Assembly (NCBI GenBank): GCA_043821745.1
Contig: JBDRCL010000061.1
Coordinates: 1 to 36,580 of the forward strand
Reading direction: 5' to 3'
Source of the DNA: Methanobacteriota archaeon
Lineage (GTDB): Archaea > Hadarchaeota > Hadarchaeia > Hadarchaeales > Hadarchaeaceae
DNA length: 36,580 nt
Shown here: positions 18,502 to 28,641 of the stretch, in pieces
How the letters are laid out: the number at the start of each line of letters is the position of its first letter
How positions within the stretch are numbered: position 1 is the stretch's first letter
Position numbers and translations under genes: made by a program
The notes under the pieces: generated by a model
What the model was told of the DNA's origin: nothing
The model's input: the letters and a program-made list of their open reading frames with translations, nothing else
The model's database searches: none

Positions 18502-19116
18502 TTACTCGCTTTTAACTTCGCCCTGAGGTTGGACCGCGCTGCCGATGACCTTGCTCTTGTAGACCTCTACCCTTCTGATCGGGCAGTATTTCCTGGCCTC
18601 CTTGTAGATGTCCGCGGAGAGCTTCCCGAGCACCGCCTCCTGAACGAACTGGTCCATGGTGCGATCGGCCGCCCTCGACTCGACGACCTTGCGCATGTCC
18701 TTGTGAATCAGGTCCAGCTTGGTGCTCTGTACCCGCCTCAGCGTGGTCACCATGGAGCTGACCCGCAGCTTGTAGCCGTCCTTGGTGGTCACTGTCGCGA
18801 TGTCGTCGATCTTTCCGGCCCGCCGCTTAATCTGGCTGCGGACATAGTCCCGGGCCATCTCGTGGCCGATGAAGCCGGTCACTGCCTGCTTGTCCTTGAC
18901 CTCCTTGACCTGGAAGTAAAGCTTGATGTGCGACTTTGAAAAGTCCTCGATGAGGTCGCCCAGAGTAGTCTCGAAGACCCGCCCCTGAACCTGGGCCGGG
19001 TTGGTAGTAAACGTCTCACCTATCTTCTGGCTGCCAAACATCTGTGGAGCCACTACCTCGAACCACTCCTTATCACGCCAGGATTTCTTCAGCACGCGCT
19101 TTTTTTCTTCGGACAT
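18502..19116 (-). CDS. rps3ae: 30S ribosomal protein S3Ae (eS1)
   Basis: MSEEKKRVLKKSWRDKEWFEVVAPQMFGSQKIGETFT... ATG 19116 overlaps the serS stop (TAATG). The longer ORF to 19257 lies inside serS. Confidence 0.92.
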   Translation of the reverse strand: MSEEKKRVLKKSWRDKEWFEVVAPQMFGSQKIGETFTTNPAQVQGRVFETTLGDLIEDFSKSHIKLYFQVKEVKDKQAVTGFIGHEMARDYVRSQIKRRAGKIDDIATVTTKDGYKLRVSSMVTTLRRVQSTKLDLIHKDMRKVVESRAADRTMDQFVQEAVLGKLSADIYKEARKYCPIRRVEVYKSKVIGSAVQPQGEVKSE

Positions 19117-20621
19117 TATTCCACCACCTTTGGAACGGACGGCAGCGAACCGAACCGCTTTTTCACCGGATATGGCCACTTCGACGGGTCGAGGCCGTGC
19201 TGGGCGAGGAATCCCACCACCCAGCGGCTCGTCCCGAAGCCGCAGCAGCCCGTCCAAACCTGCCGACCTTTGACCTCCTTGATTTTAAAGGTTTCCACGA
19301 ACTTGGTTTTGTGGACATTGTAGGAGCCTATCTCCAGCCAGCTGTCGTTGTAGGGCAGCGGCACTTCGATATCGTAGGTCGCCACCTTGCTGCTGTCCGT
19401 GCCGTCGCCGATGGCACCCTCCTTCATGTAGAATGGCGTCGCGACCAGCAGCCTCCACTCCATCCCCAGCTCGTCCGCGACCTTCATACCCCTTTCGACG
19501 ACCAAGTCTCTGATCGAGACCACGTCGTCCGGAGACCCGATGAACACTAACTCGGTACGTCTGAACTCCTGCGTTCGGACCAGGCCCTCCACGCCGCCGC
19601 CCTCCCACCGATAAGTCCAGCCGCTGCGGTCGAACTGCTTCACGGGAAGATCCTCGAGCCTGACGTTCTTGGAAGCGAACTGTTCGTAGAAGGGCTCGCA
19701 CTGCGCCGGGGCCAGGACGTAGGCCGGCTCCTTGATCGTCTCCCTGAGCTCCTTCACCGGAATGCGCTTGGTCAGCTTGAGCTTCTGCTTAAAGTCCTGG
19801 AACGCCTCGGGTTCGCGTGGCGGCGGCGAGACGTAATACATGCCCTCGGGCACGCCATCAAGATAACCTGGCATCCTTTGCATGACCTCAAGCGGTATGA
19901 GCTTGGGCAGCATGACCTCCTCGAACTTCAGCGGTCGCGCCACCTCTTCAATTATTATATCCTCAATAGCCCGCATCAACTTCGCGTACGGCTCCTCGTA
20001 TATCCACTGGCCGCGGCCGGGGAAGTCCCGAATCCAGCCCAATTTCTTGGCGACGTCGAACGGGTTCTCCTTGAATGCGTGTGCCCTCTTGGGCCCCTGC
20101 TTGACGACTTTCGGCTCGGCGGCCTTGGCGGAAGCGTGAGATATAATCTCCTCGACCATCGAGACCAGCCTGTCGACGACCCTGCCCCTCAGGTCGCCCT
20201 CCGTGAGTCCCTTCATGTTAATCTCGACCAGTGACTCTCCGACCGTCACCTCGTAGGGCAGCCTCTTCAGCTCGGCTGTCGCCTCTTCGGACACCTCGGC
20301 GGTCTGCAGGACAACCTTGTACTCGCTGGCAGTTATCCCACGTATGCCGACCTTGTGCTTTTTGCCAATCTCTGTGGCCAGAAGATTCGCAAGCCTAAGA
20401 AGAGCATCGTGGGCCCTGACGTAACGACCCGACTCAAGATCAATGCAAAGTTCCTTGCCAGCAGACTTCCAACTGACAATTCTGGCCGCGTCAGCTTCCT
20501 TGCCCTGGGGCGCACCCTTCTTGAGTGTGGGCTCGGCCTTCTGCATGATCGCGGCTATGTCCGCATCCGCTTTCTTGATTTCACCGCTGAACGTGAGTTT
20601 CGCCTTTAGTTCAAACCTCAT
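19116..20621 (-). CDS. serS: seryl-tRNA synthetase, atypical methanogen-type
   Basis: MRFELKAKLTF...SGRYVRAHDALLRLANLLATEIGKKHKVGIRGI...FDRSGWTYRWEGGGVEGLVRTQEFRRTELVFIG...GCCGFGTSRWVVGFLAQHGLDPSKWP. As I recall, this closely parallels the Methanosarcina barkeri-type SerRS, not the bacterial type. Confidence 0.85.
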   Translation of the reverse strand: MRFELKAKLTFSGEIKKADADIAAIMQKAEPTLKKGAPQGKEADAARIVSWKSAGKELCIDLESGRYVRAHDALLRLANLLATEIGKKHKVGIRGITASEYKVVLQTAEVSEEATAELKRLPYEVTVGESLVEINMKGLTEGDLRGRVVDRLVSMVEEIISHASAKAAEPKVVKQGPKRAHAFKENPFDVAKKLGWIRDFPGRGQWIYEEPYAKLMRAIEDIIIEEVARPLKFEEVMLPKLIPLEVMQRMPGYLDGVPEGMYYVSPPPREPEAFQDFKQKLKLTKRIPVKELRETIKEPAYVLAPAQCEPFYEQFASKNVRLEDLPVKQFDRSGWTYRWEGGGVEGLVRTQEFRRTELVFIGSPDDVVSIRDLVVERGMKVADELGMEWRLLVATPFYMKEGAIGDGTDSSKVATYDIEVPLPYNDSWLEIGSYNVHKTKFVETFKIKEVKGRQVWTGCCGFGTSRWVVGFLAQHGLDPSKWPYPVKKRFGSLPSVPKVVE

Positions 20622-20749
20622 CCAATCGCCAAAGACCAAATTAATCGCAAGCTATGAAAAGCTTGCCCTCGTCGAATAACGTCTGCTCATTTGGTCTTAA
20701 CTCATCCCGCTCCAATTTTTGACCGCGTGCCCGCGATGCTCTCTAAACT

Positions 20750-22147
20750 TTAGAGGAAATCCTTGAGGAAGAACTTGCCCTCGCCCATCGGCACGGCCCT
20801 CTCGAACATATCTCTCTGTTCCTTCCGTAGCGTCGACGGCTTGGTCGCGTCAATGCCAATCCTGTTGCCGACCCGATAATGGGCACCGGCCGGCGCCTCG
20901 GCAAGGACCGGCTGCTCGATGTCCAAGTTCTCGGAGACGCCCGCCCCAGGAATCACGATGACATCCTTCGCCGGGTCCACCCTCGTCCCTATCGACCAGA
21001 TGACATCCCTGGCATCGTAGATGTTGACGTCCTCGTCCACCACAATTATCACCTTGGGGTAGTGGTAGGAGGTCGACAGGGCGCCCAGTATGACGCTCCT
21101 CGCCTCGGTGTCGAAACGGGGGACCATTTGGATTATAGTCACGTAAAGGCCCCCCCAGGGTGGCACGTAGATGTCCCTTATGTCCGCAAAGCCACCGATG
21201 CTTTTCGTGCGGGTGTACATGTGCGCCTCCAGCGGCAGGGCGCAAAGGGCCTGGTGGTCGGTGAACCTGATGGTCTGAATGTGGCGGTAGATGGCGTCCT
21301 TCCTCATTGTAATCGCCTTGACCTTGAACATCGGCAGCATGTTCTTGCCCAGCACCTCCCTCGAATAACCCGTGTACTCGGCGAATGGACCCTCTTCCAC
21401 CCTCACCTTCGGCGGTATCTCCCCTTCGAGCACTATCTCGGCGGAGGCTGGCACCTCCATGTCGATGGTCTCGCACTTCACCAGCTCCACGGGCTCACCG
21501 GTGATCGGCTCAACGAAACCCAATTCATCGCAGGGATACTCGGTGCTGTAGCTGGTCACAACCTCGTAGGCCGGGTGCATCCCGATCGCCACTGCCATGG
21601 GCATGGGTTTATCTTCCTTCTCATATTTTTGATAATTCATCAACGAGTGCATCGGCGACATTTGGCATCCGGTATGATTTTTGCTCAGGACCTGCATGCG
21701 GAGACAGGCGAGGTTCCTGATCCCGGTGTCGGGGTCTTTTGTGATGCAAGTGCCGGCGCCTATGTAGGGGCCGCCGCACGTCGTGGAGTGGGTGATGACC
21801 GGGAGCTTGGTCAAGTCGACTTCGTCCCCGACCACTATCTTATCCTTCACCGGACCGCTGGACACCATCTTGCATTCCTTTGGACCCTCCGCGAAGCGCT
21901 TTGCAAGCTCCGGGACGACCTTGTCCTTTGGCGTTCCCAATAGTAAGGCGTGTTGTTCGCGGGACTGGATGATGTCGGCGCAGACCTTCCAGCCCGGGTA
22001 ACCCTTCACGTTTTCAAAAAGCAATGCTTTCTCGGACTCTGAACACAGGGTCCCCATCTGGGTCTTGGGATCGGCCTCTTTCTTAATTTTATATATCAAA
22101 TTATTTTCTTCAAGCTGTTTGAGCCAACTTCTCAAGTCCTTAGGCAT
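20750..22147 (-). CDS. UbiD-family (prenyl-FMN-dependent) decarboxylase
   Basis: MPKDLRSWLKQLEENNLIYKIKKEADPKTQMG...FENVKGYPGW... About 465 aa, typical UbiD length and N-terminus. No ubiX in the window. Confidence 0.8.
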   Translation of the reverse strand: MPKDLRSWLKQLEENNLIYKIKKEADPKTQMGTLCSESEKALLFENVKGYPGWKVCADIIQSREQHALLLGTPKDKVVPELAKRFAEGPKECKMVSSGPVKDKIVVGDEVDLTKLPVITHSTTCGGPYIGAGTCITKDPDTGIRNLACLRMQVLSKNHTGCQMSPMHSLMNYQKYEKEDKPMPMAVAIGMHPAYEVVTSYSTEYPCDELGFVEPITGEPVELVKCETIDMEVPASAEIVLEGEIPPKVRVEEGPFAEYTGYSREVLGKNMLPMFKVKAITMRKDAIYRHIQTIRFTDHQALCALPLEAHMYTRTKSIGGFADIRDIYVPPWGGLYVTIIQMVPRFDTEARSVILGALSTSYHYPKVIIVVDEDVNIYDARDVIWSIGTRVDPAKDVIVIPGAGVSENLDIEQPVLAEAPAGAHYRVGNRIGIDATKPSTLRKEQRDMFERAVPMGEGKFFLKDFL

Positions 22148-22226
22148 GGTTCTTCCTTTTCCCACAGCAATAAATGTTTTTGGGTGTGATTTTTATAGAC
22201 GCACCATATTATCAATCCCTGTAGCT

Positions 22227-22466
22227 TCAGAGCAAAGTCTCGGCGGTCAAGGTGCACGCTAGCAGGTCGTCCAGCGTGGCTAGAATGGTCTCCATCCTTC
22301 CGTCCAGCTCAACTGTGCTGGCTACCCTCTTGCCCTTAGCCCTCGTGGACACGACCAAGCCCTCTGGAAGCTTCAGATTGTCCGGCTCAAGAGCTTTGGC
22401 CACTGTTTTTGACACTCGCAAACTTTCGTAACGACACACAACTTCTGCTTTCATTTTCATACGCAT
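22227..22466 (-). CDS. Pcc1-like small protein (second KEOPS Pcc1 paralogue, 'Pcc2'-like)
   Basis: 79 aa, KAEVVCRYESLRVSKTVAKALEPDN...VASTVELDGRMETILATLDDLLACTLTAE follows the Pcc1 beta-alpha-beta-beta-alpha pattern. Its ATG overlaps the TGA of the upstream RecJ-like gene. Confidence 0.5.
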   Translation of the reverse strand: MRMKMKAEVVCRYESLRVSKTVAKALEPDNLKLPEGLVVSTRAKGKRVASTVELDGRMETILATLDDLLACTLTAETLL

Positions 22467-23848
22467 CAATTCCCAGATTTAGAATTTCCTATATAAAAAT
22501 TAAGCTTTTCAAGGTCGTCCTTTCCAAGTTCGGTAAGCTCCTTGATCATCGAAATGAGCTCCTGCATGACTGAGTACATGGGCACCGGCTTGTCTGCAAA
22601 GCACTCGGCAGCTGAAGCGTGGCCTCCACCCTCTATCCCGTCGTGGCCCGGATAAAGACGCCTTAAGCGCTCGGCCAGCTGGAAACATATTGCGCCGCAG
22701 TCTATATATTCGCCTCCTCCGCGCATCGAGATCTGGATGCCTCTCTCCTTCGGGCAGAACAAGACAATCATCGTTTCTTTGTGACCGAAAGCCCTCTTCA
22801 GCGGCTCAAGCTGCGTAGACGCGACAAACGGCAATATCGCTGAGAAGGGCGCGACCTGCATGGGCAAAACCTCCCTTGCGAAAAACAAGTAAACTCCAAC
22901 GCCTTGGAGCTCGCCCAGAAAGGTGGTGCTTTGCACCCTCCCGTTCAGCACATCCCAATCAGATCGGTAACGCTTCAAAACGGATGCTAGGATATTCCCT
23001 TTTGGCACGTTGCCCAACAAATCATCAATGTTTCTAAAATCCGCCGGCCGCACATCCCTCTCTGCAAGATGCATGAGGTAATTATATACTAATTCTGGTC
23101 CGCTGGAGACCCTTATGTCCAGGTCCTTTTCGTAAAAGTGGGCCAGAGAACCTGCGTGCACCACCTCCACAATTTGATTGACTAACGCCGTTCGCCTCCT
23201 GTCCACAGTGTCATACATCGTCGGGCGACCGAGCCTCACCTTAAAAAAGTGTGGAAACTTTTTCATCGAACGCTCGATGAACGGGCGGGCAAACTCGGCG
23301 CAGGTTTTCTCGACTGGGTCGAGGGCAAAATCCCCTCGGCAACCCATTAGCGCGACGAAATCGTCATGATCGCTCGTCGAACCAAATTTGGTGGCAATCA
23401 TGTGACACAGCAGGGAAGCGGCAGTTGGAACTGAACGCTCCGACGAGGGGTTGAACACCGTGCACTTCTGAGGTCGGCCGTCCAGCATGTGGTGATCTAT
23501 TATCAGAACGTTTCCGACTTTACCGAAAAAATCGTCGTAGTAAGAAAATGTCCCCTTGTCCGTGAGCAAAAGCAGGTCAAAATCGACCTTGCCCTTCAAA
23601 GCTTCAACCAGGTCCCCTTCAGATAGCCTGAATTGTATGGGCATTTTCACGACGACCTCAGCTCCAAAACGATGCCTGAGCAGCCGTTGCATTATGAAGG
23701 CGCTGGCGATGCCGTCGGTGTCGTGGTGCGAGAAGTGCAAAATTCTCAGTCGCTTACGCTGGCCCAGCTTTTCCAAAAGTTTGACGGCACTCGCGAACCC
23801 TGAATCGGCCTCAAAAAGAAATCGAACCTGTTCATCGTAATACATCAC
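22466..23848 (-). CDS. RecJ/GAN-like DHH-family nuclease, paralogue B
   Basis: FSHHDTDGIASA, LLLTDKG, LIIDHH, GCRGD, GGGHASAAEC (DHHA1). 460 aa. Confidence 0.75.
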   Translation of the reverse strand: MMYYDEQVRFLFEADSGFASAVKLLEKLGQRKRLRILHFSHHDTDGIASAFIMQRLLRHRFGAEVVVKMPIQFRLSEGDLVEALKGKVDFDLLLLTDKGTFSYYDDFFGKVGNVLIIDHHMLDGRPQKCTVFNPSSERSVPTAASLLCHMIATKFGSTSDHDDFVALMGCRGDFALDPVEKTCAEFARPFIERSMKKFPHFFKVRLGRPTMYDTVDRRRTALVNQIVEVVHAGSLAHFYEKDLDIRVSSGPELVYNYLMHLAERDVRPADFRNIDDLLGNVPKGNILASVLKRYRSDWDVLNGRVQSTTFLGELQGVGVYLFFAREVLPMQVAPFSAILPFVASTQLEPLKRAFGHKETMIVLFCPKERGIQISMRGGGEYIDCGAICFQLAERLRRLYPGHDGIEGGGHASAAECFADKPVPMYSVMQELISMIKELTELGKDDLEKLNFYIGNSKSGN

Positions 23849-25260
23849 CCAACACCAGACATCGCTTTGTCGAGCTTGATCACGAACTCGTCCATACGAT
23901 CCCTAGGTATGCGCGCTGCGGCTGAAACGTCATGGCCTCCACCGTAACCACCGACTTCCGCGGCAGCCTTTGAAATGGCCTGCCCCAAATTTACTCCTTC
24001 CATCGTCAACTTTGGTGTGCCTCTGGCGGAAACCTTGACATGGCCATCAGACGTGTCAGCCATGCCGATAATTGGCTGCTCCGTCGGGACGAGCGCGGAT
24101 TCGATCGCAAGCGAAATCATCTCGCCGAGGATGGCGGGATTGACCGAGTCACCGGTGTAGATGTACCTGAAGGTTGAAGTCAGCTTGAAGGACGCCAACT
24201 TCGTGACGACCCAACTTATTGCCGCCAACATCTGTTCCTGGTAGCTGCTGAGGAGAGCAAGCGCGTCCATATGAGAACTTCCGTCACCGACAGCTGCCGC
24301 AAACCCTATTTCCGGACTCCTCATGTTTCCACACGCATCCAAAATGGCGGCGTATTCACCAATCTCCTTTGGGCCCACTAGGTCCTCCGTGGAAGCCGCA
24401 TAAACTGTCCCCCAAAGCGTGTGCCGGAACTCTTCTTTTGTGGCAAGTGCACCAACCCTTAAAAATATAGCCTCGCTCAACCTCCTTTCGACGTCCAGGC
24501 CCAAGTCAGAAAGCAAGCTTGAATGCGATATTCCCAGGGTGTCAATCAACGAACGGCAAGCTGCCAAGTTTCCCGACAATCCCAATATATATGGCTTGGT
24601 CGATGTCCTAAGGCATTCAACGATCGGGCTTAGGCTCCTGCGGACAAGTTTCAACCCCTCGCTTTCGTGAACCAGACCTAAATCTATGGCTCGCTTCAGT
24701 AGAGTGTCGTTGACTCCCGTGAACCCTGACAATAGCTCCTGCCTGTCGCCTATCGCGCCGACGATGGCGAGCCCTATGAGCGATCTGAAACGCAGATCTA
24801 CCTGCTCGACCACGGAGAAGGTGGCCCCGCTTGCGCTGACGTCAGAAGCCCCGTTGAGCCCGCACGAGTGTGGATTGAGGCAGAACAGGTTGGGGCTCTC
24901 CATAAATTGACCCGGATGGTGATCTATGATCAGGACATCCTTGCGTTTTGCCAAGAGGTGTTTGTTGATCGCGTCCAATTGGCCGCTCCCCTGATCAAGG
25001 AAGACGAACAAATCGTAGTTATCCTTCGCGAGCTGGGCTATGTCCTCCTCGTTAGGGGCCCTGCCAAACTTGACCGTGAAAGGGACGTTGTAGGAGTAAA
25101 GGCATCTGGCCAAAATGGCTGCGGAAGCTATCCCATCCGCGTCTGTGTGGGAGATTATCTTGATCCTCGTGCCGCCATCCAGCTTTGGCTTGAGGAAAGC
25201 CGTGGCCTCCTCGGCCGCCCTCCGAAACCTCTTTATTTCGGCTCTACCCATGCTGAACAC
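23845..25260 (-). CDS. RecJ/GAN-like DHH-family nuclease, paralogue A
   Basis: ISHTDADGIASA, VFLDQGSG, LIIDHH, GAIGDRQ, GGGHDVSAAA. ATG 25251 (MGRAEIKRF) is the likelier start. Its stop overlaps the start of paralogue B (ATGA). Confidence 0.78.
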   Translation of the reverse strand: MFSMGRAEIKRFRRAAEEATAFLKPKLDGGTRIKIISHTDADGIASAAILARCLYSYNVPFTVKFGRAPNEEDIAQLAKDNYDLFVFLDQGSGQLDAINKHLLAKRKDVLIIDHHPGQFMESPNLFCLNPHSCGLNGASDVSASGATFSVVEQVDLRFRSLIGLAIVGAIGDRQELLSGFTGVNDTLLKRAIDLGLVHESEGLKLVRRSLSPIVECLRTSTKPYILGLSGNLAACRSLIDTLGISHSSLLSDLGLDVERRLSEAIFLRVGALATKEEFRHTLWGTVYAASTEDLVGPKEIGEYAAILDACGNMRSPEIGFAAAVGDGSSHMDALALLSSYQEQMLAAISWVVTKLASFKLTSTFRYIYTGDSVNPAILGEMISLAIESALVPTEQPIIGMADTSDGHVKVSARGTPKLTMEGVNLGQAISKAAAEVGGYGGGHDVSAAARIPRDRMDEFVIKLDKAMSGVG

Positions 25261-25433
25261 CCAGACTAATTTTCAACTCCCCTTTAACTTACGGCAAAAG
25301 AGATAATAACTCTTATCAGAAAACTAAACTGGGCATTAGGAATAAGCAGCGTGTTTTTGGCCGGAGCCTGTCTGTCGATCGCTAATTTAATTTTAATATT
25401 ATTCAGCCGGCACAAAAATTTAAGTGAGTAAAC

Positions 25434-25781
25434 CTATTCTCTCCTCTCTACGACGACAGTACACCTGGCGGTGAACGCGGCTATCGCACCTAGAGCCGCA
25501 AGCCAGGGGACAAGTACCGCACCGATTACGCCAACAGTGACCGGTATCTCAATCAGCGTCTTGCCCTTCTCGTCCTTGACTATGACCCTAGTTATGTTGC
25601 CCTCATGAATCAGCTGCTTAACCTTTTTAACGAGGTCCTCGGAGGACACCGAAAATTCCTCCTTTATTATTTTGCTGGTTGAGGTCCCACAGTTTTGGCA
25701 GAATTTAGCTCCCGATGCCAACTTGGCCCTGCAACTCTGACAGTATACCACTGCAACACCATTCCATCTTTTTGGGCCCAT
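25434..25781 (-). CDS. zinc-ribbon protein with DUF4342-like C-terminal domain
   Basis: CQSCRAKLASGAKFCQNCG, followed by SSEDLVKKVKQLIHEGNITRVIVKDEKGKTLIEIPVTVGVIGAVLVPWLAALGAIAA. Confidence 0.5.
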   Translation of the reverse strand: MGPKRWNGVAVVYCQSCRAKLASGAKFCQNCGTSTSKIIKEEFSVSSEDLVKKVKQLIHEGNITRVIVKDEKGKTLIEIPVTVGVIGAVLVPWLAALGAIAAFTARCTVVVERRE

Positions 25782-25833
25782 TAAAAATAAGTTTGGCTAA
25801 CGAGCAACAAACAACACTGATGTAGCTTTAAAC

Positions 25834-26256
25834 TCAAGCCCGCGCCAAGAGGGCTGCTCTCTCCCTGTTATATCTCCAGTTGGCTGGCAAAATTCCCTCG
25901 CGCTTGTAATAAGCTGCAAGCTTGTTGATCCTGGCCTCGACCCTCTCCAGGGAGCGCTTCGTCCCAAAATCCTTCGGGTTTCGGCTGAGGTGACTGTATA
26001 TCCTGACCGCATTTAGGATGACGCTGGTCAGTTCCTCTGGGAGCTCCGTCTTTACATCATGGGCTTCCAAGATCTTTTTCACACTCTTGCCCGTAGCCTC
26101 CTTGACGCTCGGCACGGCATGCTGGTCGCGCAACGCCAGGCCTATCTTGCTGGTCGGGATCCCTTCCTTGCCAAGCTTGACCACGAGACTCTCCACTTCG
26201 CTGGCCGACATCTCGTTGCCTCTCCTCAATCCCATACTTGCCTTCCTGGAACTCAT
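25834..26256 (-). CDS. rps15: 30S ribosomal protein S15 (uS15 / S13e)
   Basis: EVESLVVKLGKEGIPTSKIGLALRDQHAVPSVK...RVEARINKLAAYYKREGILPANWRY. Confidence 0.92.
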   Translation of the reverse strand: MSSRKASMGLRRGNEMSASEVESLVVKLGKEGIPTSKIGLALRDQHAVPSVKEATGKSVKKILEAHDVKTELPEELTSVILNAVRIYSHLSRNPKDFGTKRSLERVEARINKLAAYYKREGILPANWRYNRERAALLARA

Positions 26257-26260
26257 TTTC

Positions 26261-26824
26261 TCACCCTTTCACTTCTTTAAACCAATTCAAAAAGCTATCG
26301 ACTGCCCTCGCTCGATGCGAAAAATGGTTCTTTTCGGCCGTTGCCATCTCGGCAAAGGTCCGACCGTCGCCCTCATGCGGCACGAATATCGGGTCGAAAC
26401 CAAATCCTGCTTTCCCCCTTGTAGCCTCGGCAAGGTTTCCGACGACCTTGCCAATAAAAATCTTCGGCTCCTTGCCAGGCTCACAATATCCAACGGCTGA
26501 CCTGAACTCGGCTCCGCGATTTTCTTCACCGTTCATCAGCTTGAGCAGGCCACGGTTGCCAATAGTATGAAAGACATATTTCGAGTATGGGCCGGGGAAG
26601 CCGTGAAGAGCCTGCACGAACAGTCCCGCGTCCTCGATAAAACAAGGCTGCCCCAACTCGGCGCTCACATCTATGACGCTCAACCTAGCTACCTCCTCAA
26701 GCTCGTCTGCCTGAACCTCCGTGTAATTGAACTTGTGGTGAACTACCCCTATACCTCGCCTGGCCGCAAGCTCGCTGACCTCCTCGAACTTGTTCAGGTT
26801 GCTGGTCACGAAAGTCAGTGCCAT
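26261..26824 (-). CDS. non-canonical purine NTP pyrophosphatase (HAM1/RdgB, ITPase)
   Basis: FVTSNLNKFEEV...IEDAGLFVQALHGFPGPYS...GFGFDPIFVPEG-like...EKNHFSHRARA. Confidence 0.88.
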   Translation of the reverse strand: MALTFVTSNLNKFEEVSELAARRGIGVVHHKFNYTEVQADELEEVARLSVIDVSAELGQPCFIEDAGLFVQALHGFPGPYSKYVFHTIGNRGLLKLMNGEENRGAEFRSAVGYCEPGKEPKIFIGKVVGNLAEATRGKAGFGFDPIFVPHEGDGRTFAEMATAEKNHFSHRARAVDSFLNWFKEVKG

Positions 26825-27480
26825 GCCCTCTCCTCCTTCGATACATACCGGCCGCGCCTTTCAATATCTTTCGCTCGCTCAATTACCTCATCAGCTTTCT
26901 CCCCGAACTCCTGCCTGTAGCCGGACAACGAGGAGGAGTAAGCCTGCTCCGCAATCCTGAAGTGTGTGCTCTGCAGCGCTCGCTTTAGCAGGTGCAAATC
27001 CACTCCACGCGCCTCGACGGAGGGGTTGTATTCGCCCAAGCCGAAATCCACGAAGTAAACCCTGCCATCGGGCTTGACTATCATGTTGGAAGTCGTGAGG
27101 TCGCCGTGCACCATCCCCGCCCTGTGTAGCCTCGCCACCTGCCTGCCTATCGTGCGGCATAGTTTTTTCCTCTCTGATGGTCCGAGGTTGTCCAGAACCA
27201 GCTTCACCTGCTTCCCATCGACAAACTCCATCACAATTCTCATACCGATCTTATCCACTTCATATACTATTGGAGTTGGGACTCCGGCGCGCTTTGCATC
27301 GGACAGCATTTTGGCCTCAAGCGCTGTTCTGGACTCGCGAAGTTGCTGGTCGAGCTCAGGGACACGATAACGCTTAGGTATGCGGTCTTTCACGATGACC
27401 TTGCCTTCACCAACTGGGTGCAGAACTCGCGCGAAAGGTTCGAGATAAAGGTTCGCCTCGGCGCCTTTCTTGATCAGCAT
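26815..27480 (-). CDS. bud32: KEOPS kinase/ATPase Bud32
   Basis: LIKKGAEANLY..., HRAGMVHGDLTTSNMIV, VYFVDFGLG. It abuts kae1 as a separate ORF. Confidence 0.88.
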   Translation of the reverse strand: MLIKKGAEANLYLEPFARVLHPVGEGKVIVKDRIPKRYRVPELDQQLRESRTALEAKMLSDAKRAGVPTPIVYEVDKIGMRIVMEFVDGKQVKLVLDNLGPSERKKLCRTIGRQVARLHRAGMVHGDLTTSNMIVKPDGRVYFVDFGLGEYNPSVEARGVDLHLLKRALQSTHFRIAEQAYSSSLSGYRQEFGEKADEVIERAKDIERRGRYVSKEERAWH

Positions 27481-28569
<1,089 letters not shown>

Positions 28570-28641
28570 TTAGTTAAACTATAGTGATTAACAAGGTAAT
28601 ACTTATTAATCTATTTTGCTTAATATTGCTGAGGATTTCCA

